Notes: generated by a model from the letters alone, not told the origin. Shown: positions 1-11,336, counted from the stretch's first letter. The stretch: 64,000 bases of DNA from Candidatus Heimdallarchaeota archaeon (GCA_018238155.1 JABCTZ010000009.1:68669-132668), one strand, 5' to 3'. Translations and numbers: made by a program.

Positions 1-927
1 TATAAAACTCAATTAAAACGAATAAATCCAATTCGTGATTTATCTCAAAATTCGGTAATGGTTCAAATCTATAAAACAGATGGTTTAGTAGATGGTCGAA
101 TAACTGGTGGTTGTTATCCAAATAGAAAATATTTAAATTTAGAGTATGATGGTCCTGTTGCGAGCTATATGGGATTTGGAGGTGAATTTCTAAGACATCC
201 TAAAGTGTATAGAAAATTCCACAAATCAATTATTGATGTAATAAAAATAGATTCATTTCCCTTGTTGGTTTCAAATTCAATTATCAATAATATTTGCCGC
301 TGTTTAAATTATAAGCAGAAGGATATCTATAATCACTGGAGAGAGTTCTTTGGTAATCACTATAAAGAATCAAAAATGGCAGATAAAATTGCTCATTTCT
401 ATTTTGATTATTATAGAATATTCGTTGGTCAAGGTGAAGATCGTGCTAGAATACATGTTTGGACTGTAAATCCAATGATGTCAAATGATTGGTTACTTTT
501 TTCTAATACAATAATACCAAGACAATTCTGTGATTACGACTTTTTTGAACAATTATTGGTGGAAATTGATGAGAAAGTTTCTGTTGCAAATATACCTATT
601 TGGCAGTTAGGTTTTAAGCGGTCTAATCTTTACAAGTATATTGTAACACACAAGTTTACTATTAATCTTGGCAAATTCATTACTAAAATTATCTGGATGA
701 TTAAATCCAGAAGAACCTCGGAAAGAAAGAATTTGATTGAAGCAACATATGAGTTGTATAACTCATCAACGACTATTCAAAATCTCTTTAATATAAAGGA
801 CATCCGAAGATTCCACAGAAATGAATTTGGTCCTAACAACTGGTTCATTTGGCAATTATACTCTACATTCCTATATATGAAAATTATTGAGGAAAGATTT
901 CCAACAAAAGTTTTGAATCAAAAGTAA
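1..927 (+). CDS. Asparagine synthase-related (adenine-nucleotide alpha-hydrolase-like) protein, 5'-truncated by the window edge
   Basis: The frame is open from base 1 (YKTQLKRINP...) into the 289-aa ORF. MGFGGEFLRHP resembles the AsnB G-x-GG-[DE] motif. Glycan-locus context. Confidence 0.45.
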   Translation, partial: YKTQLKRINPIRDLSQNSVMVQIYKTDGLVDGRITGGCYPNRKYLNLEYDGPVASYMGFGGEFLRHPKVYRKFHKSIIDVIKIDSFPLLVSNSIINNICRCLNYKQKDIYNHWREFFGNHYKESKMADKIAHFYFDYYRIFVGQGEDRARIHVWTVNPMMSNDWLLFSNTIIPRQFCDYDFFEQLLVEIDEKVSVANIPIWQLGFKRSNLYKYIVTHKFTINLGKFITKIIWMIKSRRTSERKNLIEATYELYNSSTTIQNLFNIKDIRRFHRNEFGPNNWFIWQLYSTFLYMKIIEERFPTKVLNQK

Positions 928-1109
928 GATTTTTACTTACTATTTTGCTTTATTTATTCTCATTTTTCTAAAAGTTGGTTTTTTTAGTTTTTATTGGTAC
1001 GCTGGTAAAAATTAATAAAATGTAATTTATTAGATATAATAAATAAACAACGCGCCGAATTTATAAAAAAGAAAAAAAGTGGAAAATTTGTAAGTAATGA
1101 GGTAATTTT

Positions 1110-2096
1110 ATGACCAATGCTAATAATTTCTGGATTCAAAAGAATGTACTAATTACAGGTGCTTCAGGTTTTTTGGGTAGTTATTTGACTGAAAAATTAT
1201 CAAATTTGGGTGCAAATATTGTTGCAATTGTTAGAGATCAAATACCAAAATCGCGATTATTTTATGAACACATTAATCAATCTATATCAATAGTTAACGG
1301 AGATATCAATGAATATTCCTTAATCGAAAGGACGATAAATGAATATGAAACTGAAATAGTATTTCATCTTGCAGCACAAACCATAGTTCAAATAGCAAAT
1401 CGATCTCCACTATCTACGTTTGAATCAAATATTAAAGGTAGTTGGAATATATTTGAAGCATGTAGGAATTCTGAAACTGTTGAAAGATTGCTTGTCGCAT
1501 CAAGTGATAAGGCATATGGTCAAAAGAAAAAATTACCCTATTTTGAAACTGATACTTTAGATGCAAAACACCCATATGATATTTCAAAAGCAATAACAGA
1601 TATGTTAGCTCAAGGGTATCATCATACATATGGATTGCCTGTTGGAATAACACGATGTGGCAATTTATATGGCGGTGGAGATCTCAATTTCAATAGAGTA
1701 GTTCCACAAACCATTCGTTCAACATTATTTAATCAAAACCCTGAAATTAGAAGTGATGGCACTTTCTTAAGAGATTATTTTTACGTAGAAGATGCTGCAG
1801 ATTCATATATAATTTTAGCAGAGAATCTCATTGAGAAAGGACTACAAGGAAATGTTTTCAATTTTGGCACTGGAAATCCTATAAGTGTTTTAGATATAGT
1901 AAACAAAATAATTTCAATTTCAGGTAATAGCTCTTTAAAACCGATTATTAAAAACACTGCAAAAGGTGAGATTAAAGATCAATACCTTTCCTGTGAGAAA
2001 GCAGCTAAAACTTTTAACTGGAAACCAGCACACTCTTTAGAAGAAGGTTTAAAGAAATCCTTTAAATGGTATAAGAAATGGTTCGAAACGAAATAG
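1110..2096 (+). CDS. NDP-sugar 4,6-dehydratase, CDP-glucose 4,6-dehydratase (RfbG)-like extended SDR
   Basis: GASGFLG Rossmann motif, HLAAQ, ASSDKAYG, YDISK (YxxxK), RCGNLYGGGD. Upstream GAGG ribosome-binding site (RBS). Confidence 0.8.
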   Translation: MTNANNFWIQKNVLITGASGFLGSYLTEKLSNLGANIVAIVRDQIPKSRLFYEHINQSISIVNGDINEYSLIERTINEYETEIVFHLAAQTIVQIANRSPLSTFESNIKGSWNIFEACRNSETVERLLVASSDKAYGQKKKLPYFETDTLDAKHPYDISKAITDMLAQGYHHTYGLPVGITRCGNLYGGGDLNFNRVVPQTIRSTLFNQNPEIRSDGTFLRDYFYVEDAADSYIILAENLIEKGLQGNVFNFGTGNPISVLDIVNKIISISGNSSLKPIIKNTAKGEIKDQYLSCEKAAKTFNWKPAHSLEEGLKKSFKWYKKWFETK

Positions 2097-2113
2097 AGTA
2101 TTATTTGGTTTTG

Positions 2114-3094
2114 ATGGAAATGGATAGCATAAATTGGAAATCGTTGAATGAAAAAAAGTTTCTAATTACAGGTGGTTTAGGGTTCGTAGGTATAAATCTT
2201 GTTTCGAAACTATTAGAGAATGGAATAAAACCAATAGTTTTTGATTTCCATAATGACTTGTCAAAACTTGATTTTGATTATATTCCATTTCAATTGGATC
2301 AGATCGAATATTATAATGTCAATGTTGGAAATCAATCAGAATTATTTGAACAAATTAGAAAATTAGATTTTGATATAGTTGTTCATTTAGCATCTATGAC
2401 TAATTTAACTAAAGATTTTGTCTTTGCAAGAAAATCTATTCAAATTAATATTATTGGTACGATAAATCTTCTTGAAGTGGTCTCAGATAAACAATTAATG
2501 AGTTTTATTTACGTAAGTACGAGTGATGTATATGGAGAATTAGACCCTCCATTTAAGGAGTCTCAAAAGATTCAACCTGCATCCCCATATTCTGTTTCTA
2601 AAGCTGCAGCAGAAATGTACGCCTTATTATTTCAAAAAACTGTGAAAATACCTGTAACTATTCTTAGAAGTTTTAATTTGTTTGGAAAATATCAAAGACC
2701 TATTAGAATAACACCGATTATTATTGATAAGTTACTCAAGCAAGAAATTGTTGAATTGACACTAGGAGAACAAAAAAGAGAGTTAAATTTCGTTGAGAAT
2801 TTATTGGATGCGATTTATCTTTCAATTATCAAAAAGGAAAGTGTCGGTAAAATAATTAATATTGGTAACGGGAAATCACATAGTATAAGAAACATTGCAG
2901 AATTAATTGCAAATAAATTACAAAGAAAAGATTTACTTAAATTTGGTGCAATTCCATATCGTCCAAATGAGATTTGGGATATGTACTGTGATAATAGTTT
3001 ATCAAAAGAAATCCTTGACTGGACACCAAAAACCAGTTTAGAAGATGGTCTTGATATAACGATTGAGTGGTTTAAGTCTAAATCTCAAAAATAA
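2114..3094 (+). CDS. NAD-dependent epimerase/dehydratase (extended SDR)
   Basis: GGLGFVG, STSDVYG, SPYSVSK, RSFNLFG. Start moved to ATG 2114 to avoid overlap with the upstream gene (ORF track starts at 2078). Confidence 0.85.
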   Translation: MEMDSINWKSLNEKKFLITGGLGFVGINLVSKLLENGIKPIVFDFHNDLSKLDFDYIPFQLDQIEYYNVNVGNQSELFEQIRKLDFDIVVHLASMTNLTKDFVFARKSIQINIIGTINLLEVVSDKQLMSFIYVSTSDVYGELDPPFKESQKIQPASPYSVSKAAAEMYALLFQKTVKIPVTILRSFNLFGKYQRPIRITPIIIDKLLKQEIVELTLGEQKRELNFVENLLDAIYLSIIKKESVGKIINIGNGKSHSIRNIAELIANKLQRKDLLKFGAIPYRPNEIWDMYCDNSLSKEILDWTPKTSLEDGLDITIEWFKSKSQK

Positions 3095-3244
3095 AAAAAG
3101 TTTTTTGAATGAGTTTTCTTTCTCATTATGATTATTTTATCAAAATTATTTATATTTACAGAAATTATTAAATTGGTCTCTATTTTTATAAAGCAAAGCT
3201 AGAAACTTGTTATTGAAATGAATGCTAATTGATGAGGACTAAAA

Positions 3245-4441
3245 ATGCCAAATTTCAAATTAACTCATAATCTTCTTGCCATTACAAATGCTTATCCAAA
3301 TTCAAATACAAATTTTATGCAAGGTATTTTTATTAAAAATCAAATTGATTCCATTAGAAAAAATTTTTTAAATGTTTATGTAATTTCACCTGTTTTACGT
3401 GATTTTGGTTTAATGGAAAAAGGCAGAAAATGTAAAAACTATTCTTATGATAATGTTTCAGTACAATATCCTAAGTCAATTTTCGTTCCACAAAACTATA
3501 CTAGAAAAATAGATATTGATTTCCGGTTGAAACATATTAAGAAAATAATTGATAATCTATCATCTGAACGGAATCTACTTCATGCTCATTTTGGTATAAT
3601 GGGTAAAACTATTGTACCTCTAGCAAAAAATAGTAAATTGCCATTCATAACATCATTTTACGGTTATGATATTTATCAGACGATATACGATAAAGAATAC
3701 TATTCAACCTTATTTTCAGTTGCTGATTTCTTAATTGTATTAAGTGATCATATGAAAAATAGATTGATAGAATTAGGTTCTTCAAAAGAAAAAATAAAGA
3801 AAATCCACATTGGTATTGATACAGAAAAATTCAAACCCCTCGAATCACCAAAAATTGGGAGCAAAGAATTTTTAATTGTAGCTAATTTTGTTGAGAAGAA
3901 AGGAATTCTAGATGGGATAAAAGCATTTAGTTTAGTTGTTGCAGAAAATAGTGAAACTAAATTGAACATCTTAGGACGAGGACCTTTGAAAGAAAAAATA
4001 ATCTCTTTAATAAAAAAACTCCAAATTGAAAAAAATGTCAATATTATTGATAATTACGCTACTGAGAATCCTCGCAAGACCGTTCAAGATTATATGCAGA
4101 AATGCGACTACTTTTTACTGCCTAGTAAACGTGATTCAGCAGGAGATTGTGAAGGTACTCCAGTTGTATTAATGGAAGCATCTGCTTGTGGGAAACCTTG
4201 TATCACCACTAATCACTCAGGCAATCCTGAAATAATTATTAATGAAGAAACTGGGTTTGTTGCTCCCGAAGGTAATGTTCAGAAATTAGCAGAATATATG
4301 TTAATTCTATTAGAGGATGAAACTCTCGCGAAGAATTTTGGTAGAAATGGTCGTTTTCATATTATTGAAGAGTTTAATGAAAACAAGCAATCTGAAAAGC
4401 TCCTTCAAGTTTACAAGGCAGCATGTGATTTGAAAAAATGA
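3245..4441 (+). CDS. Glycosyltransferase family 4 (WcaL/AmsK-like)
   Basis: HAHFG, FYGYD, FVEKKG, GDCEGTPVVLMEA (Ex7E), HSGNPE. Confidence 0.9.
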   Translation: MPNFKLTHNLLAITNAYPNSNTNFMQGIFIKNQIDSIRKNFLNVYVISPVLRDFGLMEKGRKCKNYSYDNVSVQYPKSIFVPQNYTRKIDIDFRLKHIKKIIDNLSSERNLLHAHFGIMGKTIVPLAKNSKLPFITSFYGYDIYQTIYDKEYYSTLFSVADFLIVLSDHMKNRLIELGSSKEKIKKIHIGIDTEKFKPLESPKIGSKEFLIVANFVEKKGILDGIKAFSLVVAENSETKLNILGRGPLKEKIISLIKKLQIEKNVNIIDNYATENPRKTVQDYMQKCDYFLLPSKRDSAGDCEGTPVVLMEASACGKPCITTNHSGNPEIIINEETGFVAPEGNVQKLAEYMLILLEDETLAKNFGRNGRFHIIEEFNENKQSEKLLQVYKAACDLKK

Positions 4442-4545
4442 AATCTCATTTCAAAAATTATTTACAATGAGATAAAGATAGTTTTATAATGCACACTTTT
4501 CCAAGCATTATACGAGCAAAAAATTTTTTAGCAGAGATTTTTGAG

Positions 4546-7266
4546 ATGATATCAGAAACAGCGAAAAAGAAATCCATTGGTAACAATTTTCTTTACTCGA
4601 TGTTTATAACTGTAATAATAGGAATAGTGAATGTTGTTTATCCTTTATTCGTTGGTTTGTTATATGGTCCAAAAACCATGGGTAGTTTTTCTGTTATATT
4701 TTATTGGGCTATTCTAATTACTATTCCAATTTCAAATGGTATTGCTCCTTCTATCTCGAGATTCATTGCTGCAAGCTCAAAAAAAGATAAAGAAACGATT
4801 GAAAATATTGGTTCAAAATTCACTCTATACTATCTTATAGGCGTTTTGTTAATTTATCCTTTTGTCGGATTATTTGGTTTCAAGCAAAATTTTGTTGAAG
4901 TAATTATCGTACTTTGTCTATTAGTTGGATTAGCAACTCATTATTTATATAGAAATTCTTTGCAAGGTCAAGAGGAATTTAAGAGCCTCTTCTTTTATGA
5001 ATTGATTTCAATTGCAATATTTATACCCTTCATGCTTTGTTTTAGTGCTTTGCCTGTGATTCTGAGTTGGAATTTTGTGCTTGACAATATCAATTTATTA
5101 TTTATACCAATGTTAGCATTTCATTTGACTTTTGGTGTCATCATTTTTATTAAACGATATAAGCAAATAAACATCAAATCTACCTTTTCATTGCCAAAAT
5201 TGTCATCTAAAATATTTCTTTATGGGTTATTTATTGGAATAGGTGGTCTCTTTGCCTTTGGAACATCCAAGGTTCAAGTTATTATTTCTGATTTATATCT
5301 TATTGATTTTGAATTGGGAGTGTTGAGTTTTTGGGATTCTGCTATCGCTGCTATTACTATTTTTACTGTGGCTTTAGGTGGTATTCTAGTCCCACGAATA
5401 ACAAATTTATCTAAATCGAATGAAGACAATGAACTTGCAAAGAGTTTTGTAAATTCGATAAATTGGTCAATATCGTTTGTTGTTGCTTCTTTAGCTGGTT
5501 TTCTTTTCCTTTTATTTGAATGCTATCCTGTTATTCTGGATTTTCTTACTTTGAACAAATATAATATGGTTAATTATTGGCTAGTTGTTGTACTATTGTG
5601 CTTTAAGGAAGTGAATTTTCTTTTACTAACCCCATCTCTTTCGTATGTTTTGTCTTCAGAAAAATATGTCAAGTTTAATCCTCTTTCCTCTTTTGTATAT
5701 TCAATAGGAGTAATAATTTCATGGATTGTTTTAGTACCAAATTTTGGTATCATTGGTTTTGCTGCAGGAATTGCTATTGGAAGTTTCGCTCATAGTTTGA
5801 CAATAATAATCTTTGTTTTGTATATAACCAAGTTGAAAGTAGGTCTCCATTTTCTATTCCTAATACCCACCTACTTGTTGAATATTACATTCATTGTTTT
5901 AATCCAAAAAACAACTACGGCACCATTTTTAATTACTTGGGGGATAGCAACAATAGCTTCTTTAGGATATGGAATATATAATCTACTGAAAATATTGAAG
6001 AAGAAAGAATACTCACAAATAGGTACAATTCATACGAAGGAAGATAACATGCAGAATATAGATCCTAAAGCGAAAAATGAAAAATCAAAAATATCAACCA
6101 TTTTTATGGCTTTAGCATGTCCATTTATCATTGATCCAAGGGTTAAACAAGAAGTAAACACATTGAGCAAAAAAGGTTATTTTGTTGATGTATTATCATG
6201 GGATAGAGAAGGTAAATACGAAGATATCAAAGAAGATAATTTTCAAATAAAATATGTTAAACTTCTGACATCAAGACAATTCAGTAAATTACTATATATG
6301 ATGTCAGCAGCGCTTTTTCAAGTTGTGATATTTATAAGAGGTATGAATTTACTCCGTAAACATGGTTGTATTATTGTTCATGCAAATGATTTTAATACTA
6401 TATTTGGAGTATTTCTGCTAAAACTAATTTTTCCAAATAAAATTAAAACCGTCTATGATTCACATGAACTAACACCTGCGGTGTATTCTGAATGGTATGG
6501 TGAGCATTTAGGTTCCTTGATTGGAAAAATCGAATGCCGATTAATATCCTATTTCGATGAAATTATTACTGTGAGCCCTCCAATAGTGAAGCATTTAAAG
6601 CAAATTTCAGGAAATGATGTTAGTCTAATTTGGAATTACCCTACTAATTCCATCTTGCCTAAAATTACTAAAGCTCAAGCGAGAAAAATATTAGGTTTTG
6701 ATAAAGAAACATTTCTTATTGCTTATGTGGGAACTTTAAGACACGATATTGCATTAGTGAATCTAATTGAGGCAATTTCAAAACTGAAGAAAAAAAATAA
6801 TGGAACTAGTAATCTATCAAAACTAAAAGTTGCCATTGTTGGAGATGGACCACTTTATGTTGAATTAGAAGAACAGATTAAATATCTGCGATTAGAAAAT
6901 CTTGTTGAAATAGTTGGTCGAGTTGATCGCCAGAAATCATTAACCTATTTACGTGCCGCAGATTTATCATTTATATTATTTACAATTAAAGGAATGAATA
7001 CTACAATTGGAATGCCTTGGAAATTATTTGAAAGCCTTGTTTCAAGTACACCTGTGATGGTCGTTGATAATACATATGCGGCAAATCTAGTTAGGAAATA
7101 TGATGCCGGATACATTGTAAATGATATTGATTCTGAAGAGATTAGTTCTACCTTGAGCGAAATTTTAGCAAGAGATAAACCTTTGAAATTTGATTTGTCA
7201 AACTTATTTTTATGGGAAAATCAAGAAGAAGAATACATAAAAATATATGAGTCTCTCTCAATATGA
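4546..7266 (+). CDS. Fusion of a Wzx/MOP-type oligosaccharide flippase and a GT4 glycosyltransferase
   Basis: About 500 aa of multi-TM flippase-like sequence is followed in frame by a GT4 (DPRVKQE, WDRE, HAND, YDSHE, VGDGP, PWKLFE). Likely start ATG 4546 (ORF track 4489). Internal ATG at 6049. Confidence 0.8.
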   Translation: MISETAKKKSIGNNFLYSMFITVIIGIVNVVYPLFVGLLYGPKTMGSFSVIFYWAILITIPISNGIAPSISRFIAASSKKDKETIENIGSKFTLYYLIGVLLIYPFVGLFGFKQNFVEVIIVLCLLVGLATHYLYRNSLQGQEEFKSLFFYELISIAIFIPFMLCFSALPVILSWNFVLDNINLLFIPMLAFHLTFGVIIFIKRYKQINIKSTFSLPKLSSKIFLYGLFIGIGGLFAFGTSKVQVIISDLYLIDFELGVLSFWDSAIAAITIFTVALGGILVPRITNLSKSNEDNELAKSFVNSINWSISFVVASLAGFLFLLFECYPVILDFLTLNKYNMVNYWLVVVLLCFKEVNFLLLTPSLSYVLSSEKYVKFNPLSSFVYSIGVIISWIVLVPNFGIIGFAAGIAIGSFAHSLTIIIFVLYITKLKVGLHFLFLIPTYLLNITFIVLIQKTTTAPFLITWGIATIASLGYGIYNLLKILKKKEYSQIGTIHTKEDNMQNIDPKAKNEKSKISTIFMALACPFIIDPRVKQEVNTLSKKGYFVDVLSWDREGKYEDIKEDNFQIKYVKLLTSRQFSKLLYMMSAALFQVVIFIRGMNLLRKHGCIIVHANDFNTIFGVFLLKLIFPNKIKTVYDSHELTPAVYSEWYGEHLGSLIGKIECRLISYFDEIITVSPPIVKHLKQISGNDVSLIWNYPTNSILPKITKAQARKILGFDKETFLIAYVGTLRHDIALVNLIEAISKLKKKNNGTSNLSKLKVAIVGDGPLYVELEEQIKYLRLENLVEIVGRVDRQKSLTYLRAADLSFILFTIKGMNTTIGMPWKLFESLVSSTPVMVVDNTYAANLVRKYDAGYIVNDIDSEEISSTLSEILARDKPLKFDLSNLFLWENQEEEYIKIYESLSI

Positions 7267-7335
7267 GAACATATCCCAAGAGTAGTTTTTTAAACTAAGG
7301 TTTTATTTAAACTAAAAGACAAATGAGGCAATTCT

Positions 7336-8235
7336 ATGTATAAAGGGAAAAAAATCGGCATTGTAGTTCCTGCATACAATGAGGAAGATCTTATTGACAT
7401 CACTTTGGACGATATGCCTGTTTATGCAGATATGATTTACGTTACAGATGATTGCTCAAAAGATAAGACTGTTGAAATCATTAAAACTTTAGCTTTAAAA
7501 GATAAACGTATAAAACTCATTCAGCACAACAAAAATCAGGGTGTTGGTGGTGCAATTGTTTCTGGATTCAAAGATGCCATTTTAGAAGAAATGGATATTG
7601 TAGCTGTTATGGCTGGAGATAATCAAATGAATGCCAAGTATCTCCCTGCATTACTTGATCCGATTATTGAAAATAAAGCAGACTTCACAAAAGGTAATCG
7701 ATTAAAACACGGCTACTGGAAAGGGATGAGTCCATTTAGATTAACTGGCAATATTATTTTAACATTACTAAATCAGCTTGTTACTGGTTACTGGAACATA
7801 AAGGATCCACAAAATGGCTATGTTGCGATTTCAATCGAAGCCTTAAAAAAAATTGATCTTGATTCTCTCTATAAAGGCTATGCATTTGAAAATGATTTAA
7901 TGCTAAAATCAAATATTGATAATCTTCGTATGAAGAATATTCTAATTCCGGCTGTTTATGGTGAGGAGAGATCCAAAATAAAGTATGGTCGATTTGTCAT
8001 TAATACTTTACTGTACTTTGTTAAGGGATATAATTGGAGAATATGGCACAAGCATTTCAAAAGACTTAATCTAATTGGTATTTCTATAATACTTGGCTTT
8101 CTAAGTTTAGTTGCGGGAATAATTGTTGGAATAGTACTTAGCTTTCAGTTGATATGGCCAATATTTATTATAAGTGCTTCATTGTTTCTAATTTCATTTC
8201 TTGCAGACGGTCTTTCATCAATATTTAGAAAATAA
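7336..8235 (+). CDS. Glycosyltransferase family 2 with C-terminal TM helices
   Basis: VVPAYNEE, DDCSKD, NQGVGGAI, MAGDNQM, DPQNGY, two C-terminal TM helices. Confidence 0.9.
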   Translation: MYKGKKIGIVVPAYNEEDLIDITLDDMPVYADMIYVTDDCSKDKTVEIIKTLALKDKRIKLIQHNKNQGVGGAIVSGFKDAILEEMDIVAVMAGDNQMNAKYLPALLDPIIENKADFTKGNRLKHGYWKGMSPFRLTGNIILTLLNQLVTGYWNIKDPQNGYVAISIEALKKIDLDSLYKGYAFENDLMLKSNIDNLRMKNILIPAVYGEERSKIKYGRFVINTLLYFVKGYNWRIWHKHFKRLNLIGISIILGFLSLVAGIIVGIVLSFQLIWPIFIISASLFLISFLADGLSSIFRK

Positions 8236-8238
8236 TTT

Positions 8239-10119
8239 CTAAAAAGGTAATAGGACAATAGCGAAAACCGAATCATAAATCCGATTAATATTCGGATTTA
8301 AAGGTACATAAGATGAAATATCTGGAAATTTTAGAACCCAATTGTCATTATCTTCACCATAGATTGCCCAGCCTTTAATAAAACCATCTTGTATCGATAC
8401 TTCGGTTATGACAATGTAGTCAATTCTTTGGTTAGCAAATTTTGGAGATAAATTTGTTGCGTAATTAATTCGCGTTGATTCATTAGCAAATAGGATCAAT
8501 CTTAACCAACTTTGTCCACTATTGTCAAATACTGAATCCATACCTGATAATCCTTCTAAAATAGCAGCATATCTGAAATCGCAATCAATTTTTGGTTCCC
8601 AATTATTCGACCAGAGTGTTTCATTTGGTGAGTCGGCATATAAAATGAAGAAATCTATAGATGAAAATTCTGCGTCCCAAAACACCTCTTGAGTTCCCCA
8701 ATTGTTTTCTGCAGAAGGATAAGAATATGACATAGATGTAGCCATAAATATTGATAATCCAATTAGAGCTACTGCTTTTAGACTGCGTTTATTGATTTTC
8801 TTGTAGAATTTAATTACTGCAATTGCTACAAGTATTAATGCTACTCCAACTACATATAATGCTAATCTAGAAAGCAAACTTGACATTATAGGAAAAATCG
8901 CTGTCACACTAATTACTAAAATTACTGAAAACAACCAACCTCTAATAATTCTACTTCTAGTTTTTGAATTGTTAGGGAGAGCAATAACACCAATTGCTGC
9001 TAATGGAATTAACGTTAAAGCTTGCGTGGATAACACTAAACCTGTTGATACGTTTGTATCTGGGCTAGACGCACCGAAAAACAAAGCTATAATGAACATA
9101 ATTATACCACCAATAATTCCTGATGCTACAATTGCTATATTGACTTTTTTCCGGTTAAAATTGTAAAAGAAAATTGAGAAAACAACCGCATTGAGAATAA
9201 ACACCGCAATTATCATTAACATTACAGTTAGTGATGATTCTCCTTCAGGAAAGAGAGACTTAAATGAAGATTCAATAAAATTCAGGGGAAATCCTTTCAA
9301 AACAATTTGCCAAAAAAGAAAAACAAAAGCATCAAGAGTAATGATAATTCCTATATCTAGAATTAAATCTTTTTTTACGAATTTACCATTATTACCAAAT
9401 CTCCTGTAAATGATATTATATGGAAATAAAATATGCCATAAAGCTAAAACGATAAGAGTAGTTAGATGATGAACGAAGGTAATTCCCACAGTAATCAACA
9501 AAGCCAAAATCAAATATCTTAAATCCTTTGTTTCAAAATAACGTAAAATGTAGAAAACAACAAAGGGAACCAACCCTAATACTATTGTTTCTGGGGCAAT
9601 ATTTTGATTTCTATATACCATCAATCCAAAACAGCTAACAAAAAGCATTGAAAGAAGACCAATCATTCTTGATTTCATTAATCTTCTAGCTAAGACATAA
9701 TAAATTATTAATTGAATTCCGCTTATAATTTGAGGGAAAATATAGATAGCTCCCATAAGTGGTTTTCCTGCTAAACCTAATAGGAATTCTGTCATTATAA
9801 TGATAAAAGAAAAACCGGGTGGATCTCTGGTAAGTTCACTTAAATTAATCCAACCATTAAAGAAATCGTTTTTTAATACTCTTAAATAAAAGAAACCATC
9901 AAATGCTAATGGCATGCCTTCCCTGAGAATTCTCCAGGTTCGTAATAATAATCCTAAAATAGTGATTAATACTGTTAAGATAATAACAATGTACTCTTTT
10001 CTAGTATAGCTATTCAATGATTTTGTTCTTGACTTCGTTAAATATTCAGTTTTATTTTTAATATTATTTGAATTATAACTAGCCAAATTACGAAGCTCCT
10101 TGATATTTTTATTTTTCAA
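8239..10119 (-). CDS. Multi-pass membrane protein, putative GT-C-fold glycosyltransferase
   Basis: About 13 hydrophobic helices. LR at the end of TM1 is followed by an acidic loop motif (AFDGFFY). Also PPG, HHLT and a C-terminal soluble domain ending NRIYDS. Confidence 0.6.
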   Translation of the reverse strand: MKNKNIKELRNLASYNSNNIKNKTEYLTKSRTKSLNSYTRKEYIVIILTVLITILGLLLRTWRILREGMPLAFDGFFYLRVLKNDFFNGWINLSELTRDPPGFSFIIIMTEFLLGLAGKPLMGAIYIFPQIISGIQLIIYYVLARRLMKSRMIGLLSMLFVSCFGLMVYRNQNIAPETIVLGLVPFVVFYILRYFETKDLRYLILALLITVGITFVHHLTTLIVLALWHILFPYNIIYRRFGNNGKFVKKDLILDIGIIITLDAFVFLFWQIVLKGFPLNFIESSFKSLFPEGESSLTVMLMIIAVFILNAVVFSIFFYNFNRKKVNIAIVASGIIGGIIMFIIALFFGASSPDTNVSTGLVLSTQALTLIPLAAIGVIALPNNSKTRSRIIRGWLFSVILVISVTAIFPIMSSLLSRLALYVVGVALILVAIAVIKFYKKINKRSLKAVALIGLSIFMATSMSYSYPSAENNWGTQEVFWDAEFSSIDFFILYADSPNETLWSNNWEPKIDCDFRYAAILEGLSGMDSVFDNSGQSWLRLILFANESTRINYATNLSPKFANQRIDYIVITEVSIQDGFIKGWAIYGEDNDNWVLKFPDISSYVPLNPNINRIYDSVFAIVLLPF

Positions 10120-10331
10120 TTCTTCCTTTAATTTAGTTGAAGTAAATGTTCTGTTCTCGATAAAATCTCAATGTATCAATATTGGCACTAAATATATGTT
10201 TTATCATTATCAAATATCCAATATTTTACAAGAGTTAGGCATTTCTTTTTTTGGTTATTATTAAGAGTATCTCTATTAATTTTAGACCATAAAATCATTG
10301 ACAGATTTAATTCTTTCTTATGAAAAACACT

Positions 10332-11336
10332 TCAATAATCTTCATTAGTAATTATAGAATAATCTCCTACTTTTAATGAACTCGACTTTATTCCTATTAC
10401 GCGACTTTTCGAACCAATAACTGAATTAGTAATGTGTGTATGATCAATAGTAGAGTGCTCGAGAATAACAGAATCTCTCACTTCACTACTTTCAATAGTT
10501 ACTCCTTTCTCAATCATAACATATGGACCAACTGTAGATGAATTAATTTTACAATTTTTTGAAATATAGACAGGGGGAATGATTGTTGAGTTGGTTACCT
10601 CTCCAAGAACTTGATGGGTATCGTCATTAAGGTATTTTCTGTTAATTGAAAGAAGGTCCTCCGGATAACCAATGTCAATACGCCACCCATCAATTTTCGC
10701 TGCTTTAACTAAATAATCATTTGTAACTAAATTTTGAATTGCATCCGTAATTTCATATTCCCCTCTTACAGATGGTGTCAAACCGGCAATCATTCTAAAG
10801 ATTACTGGAGCAAAAACATAGAATCCTGTAATTACAAGGTTACTTTTAGGTTTTTGAGGTTTCTCTTCAAGAGAGATTACCCTGTCACCATCAACTTCCA
10901 CAACACCATATCTTTGAGGGTTCTCATTTTCCTCAATATGAATTGTTGCTGAAGCATTTGATGAAAAGTGTAAATCAATGCATTTACTAAGGTCTGCTGA
11001 AAAAAGATTATCTCCAAGAAGCATTACAAAATCGCTGGAAATTTGACTCTGAGCTAAATTCACTGCTGCAGCTAATCCGTGTGCTTGCGAAGTATGTTGA
11101 ATAACATAAGAGATATTCATTCCAAGATCCTGACCATTTCTAAAATAATCCATAATGTATTTTCTTTGATGACCAACAACAATAATAACTTCTTCAATAT
11201 CTAATATATCTCTCAAATATTCTAGAGAATGATGTAAAATTGGTTTACCTGCGACTGGCAAAAGATGTTTAGGGCGAAAGCTAGTAAACGGTAATAATCT
11301 ATTGCCATGACCTGCAGCTAATACTACTCCTTTCAT
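10332..11336 (-). CDS. Sugar-phosphate nucleotidyltransferase (long-form glucose-1-phosphate thymidylyltransferase type)
   Basis: LAAGHGNRLLPFT..PKHLLPV, LGDN, EEKP, RGEYEITD, C-terminal left-handed beta-helix repeats. Confidence 0.9.
   Translation of the reverse strand: MKGVVLAAGHGNRLLPFTSFRPKHLLPVAGKPILHHSLEYLRDILDIEEVIIVVGHQRKYIMDYFRNGQDLGMNISYVIQHTSQAHGLAAAVNLAQSQISSDFVMLLGDNLFSADLSKCIDLHFSSNASATIHIEENENPQRYGVVEVDGDRVISLEEKPQKPKSNLVITGFYVFAPVIFRMIAGLTPSVRGEYEITDAIQNLVTNDYLVKAAKIDGWRIDIGYPEDLLSINRKYLNDDTHQVLGEVTNSTIIPPVYISKNCKINSSTVGPYVMIEKGVTIESSEVRDSVILEHSTIDHTHITNSVIGSKSRVIGIKSSSLKVGDYSIITNEDY

Noticed and set aside
8239-10119. Oligosaccharyltransferase AglB/STT3
   Set aside because: No WWDxG motif (only FWDAE) and the soluble domain is small; kept as generic GT-C-like.
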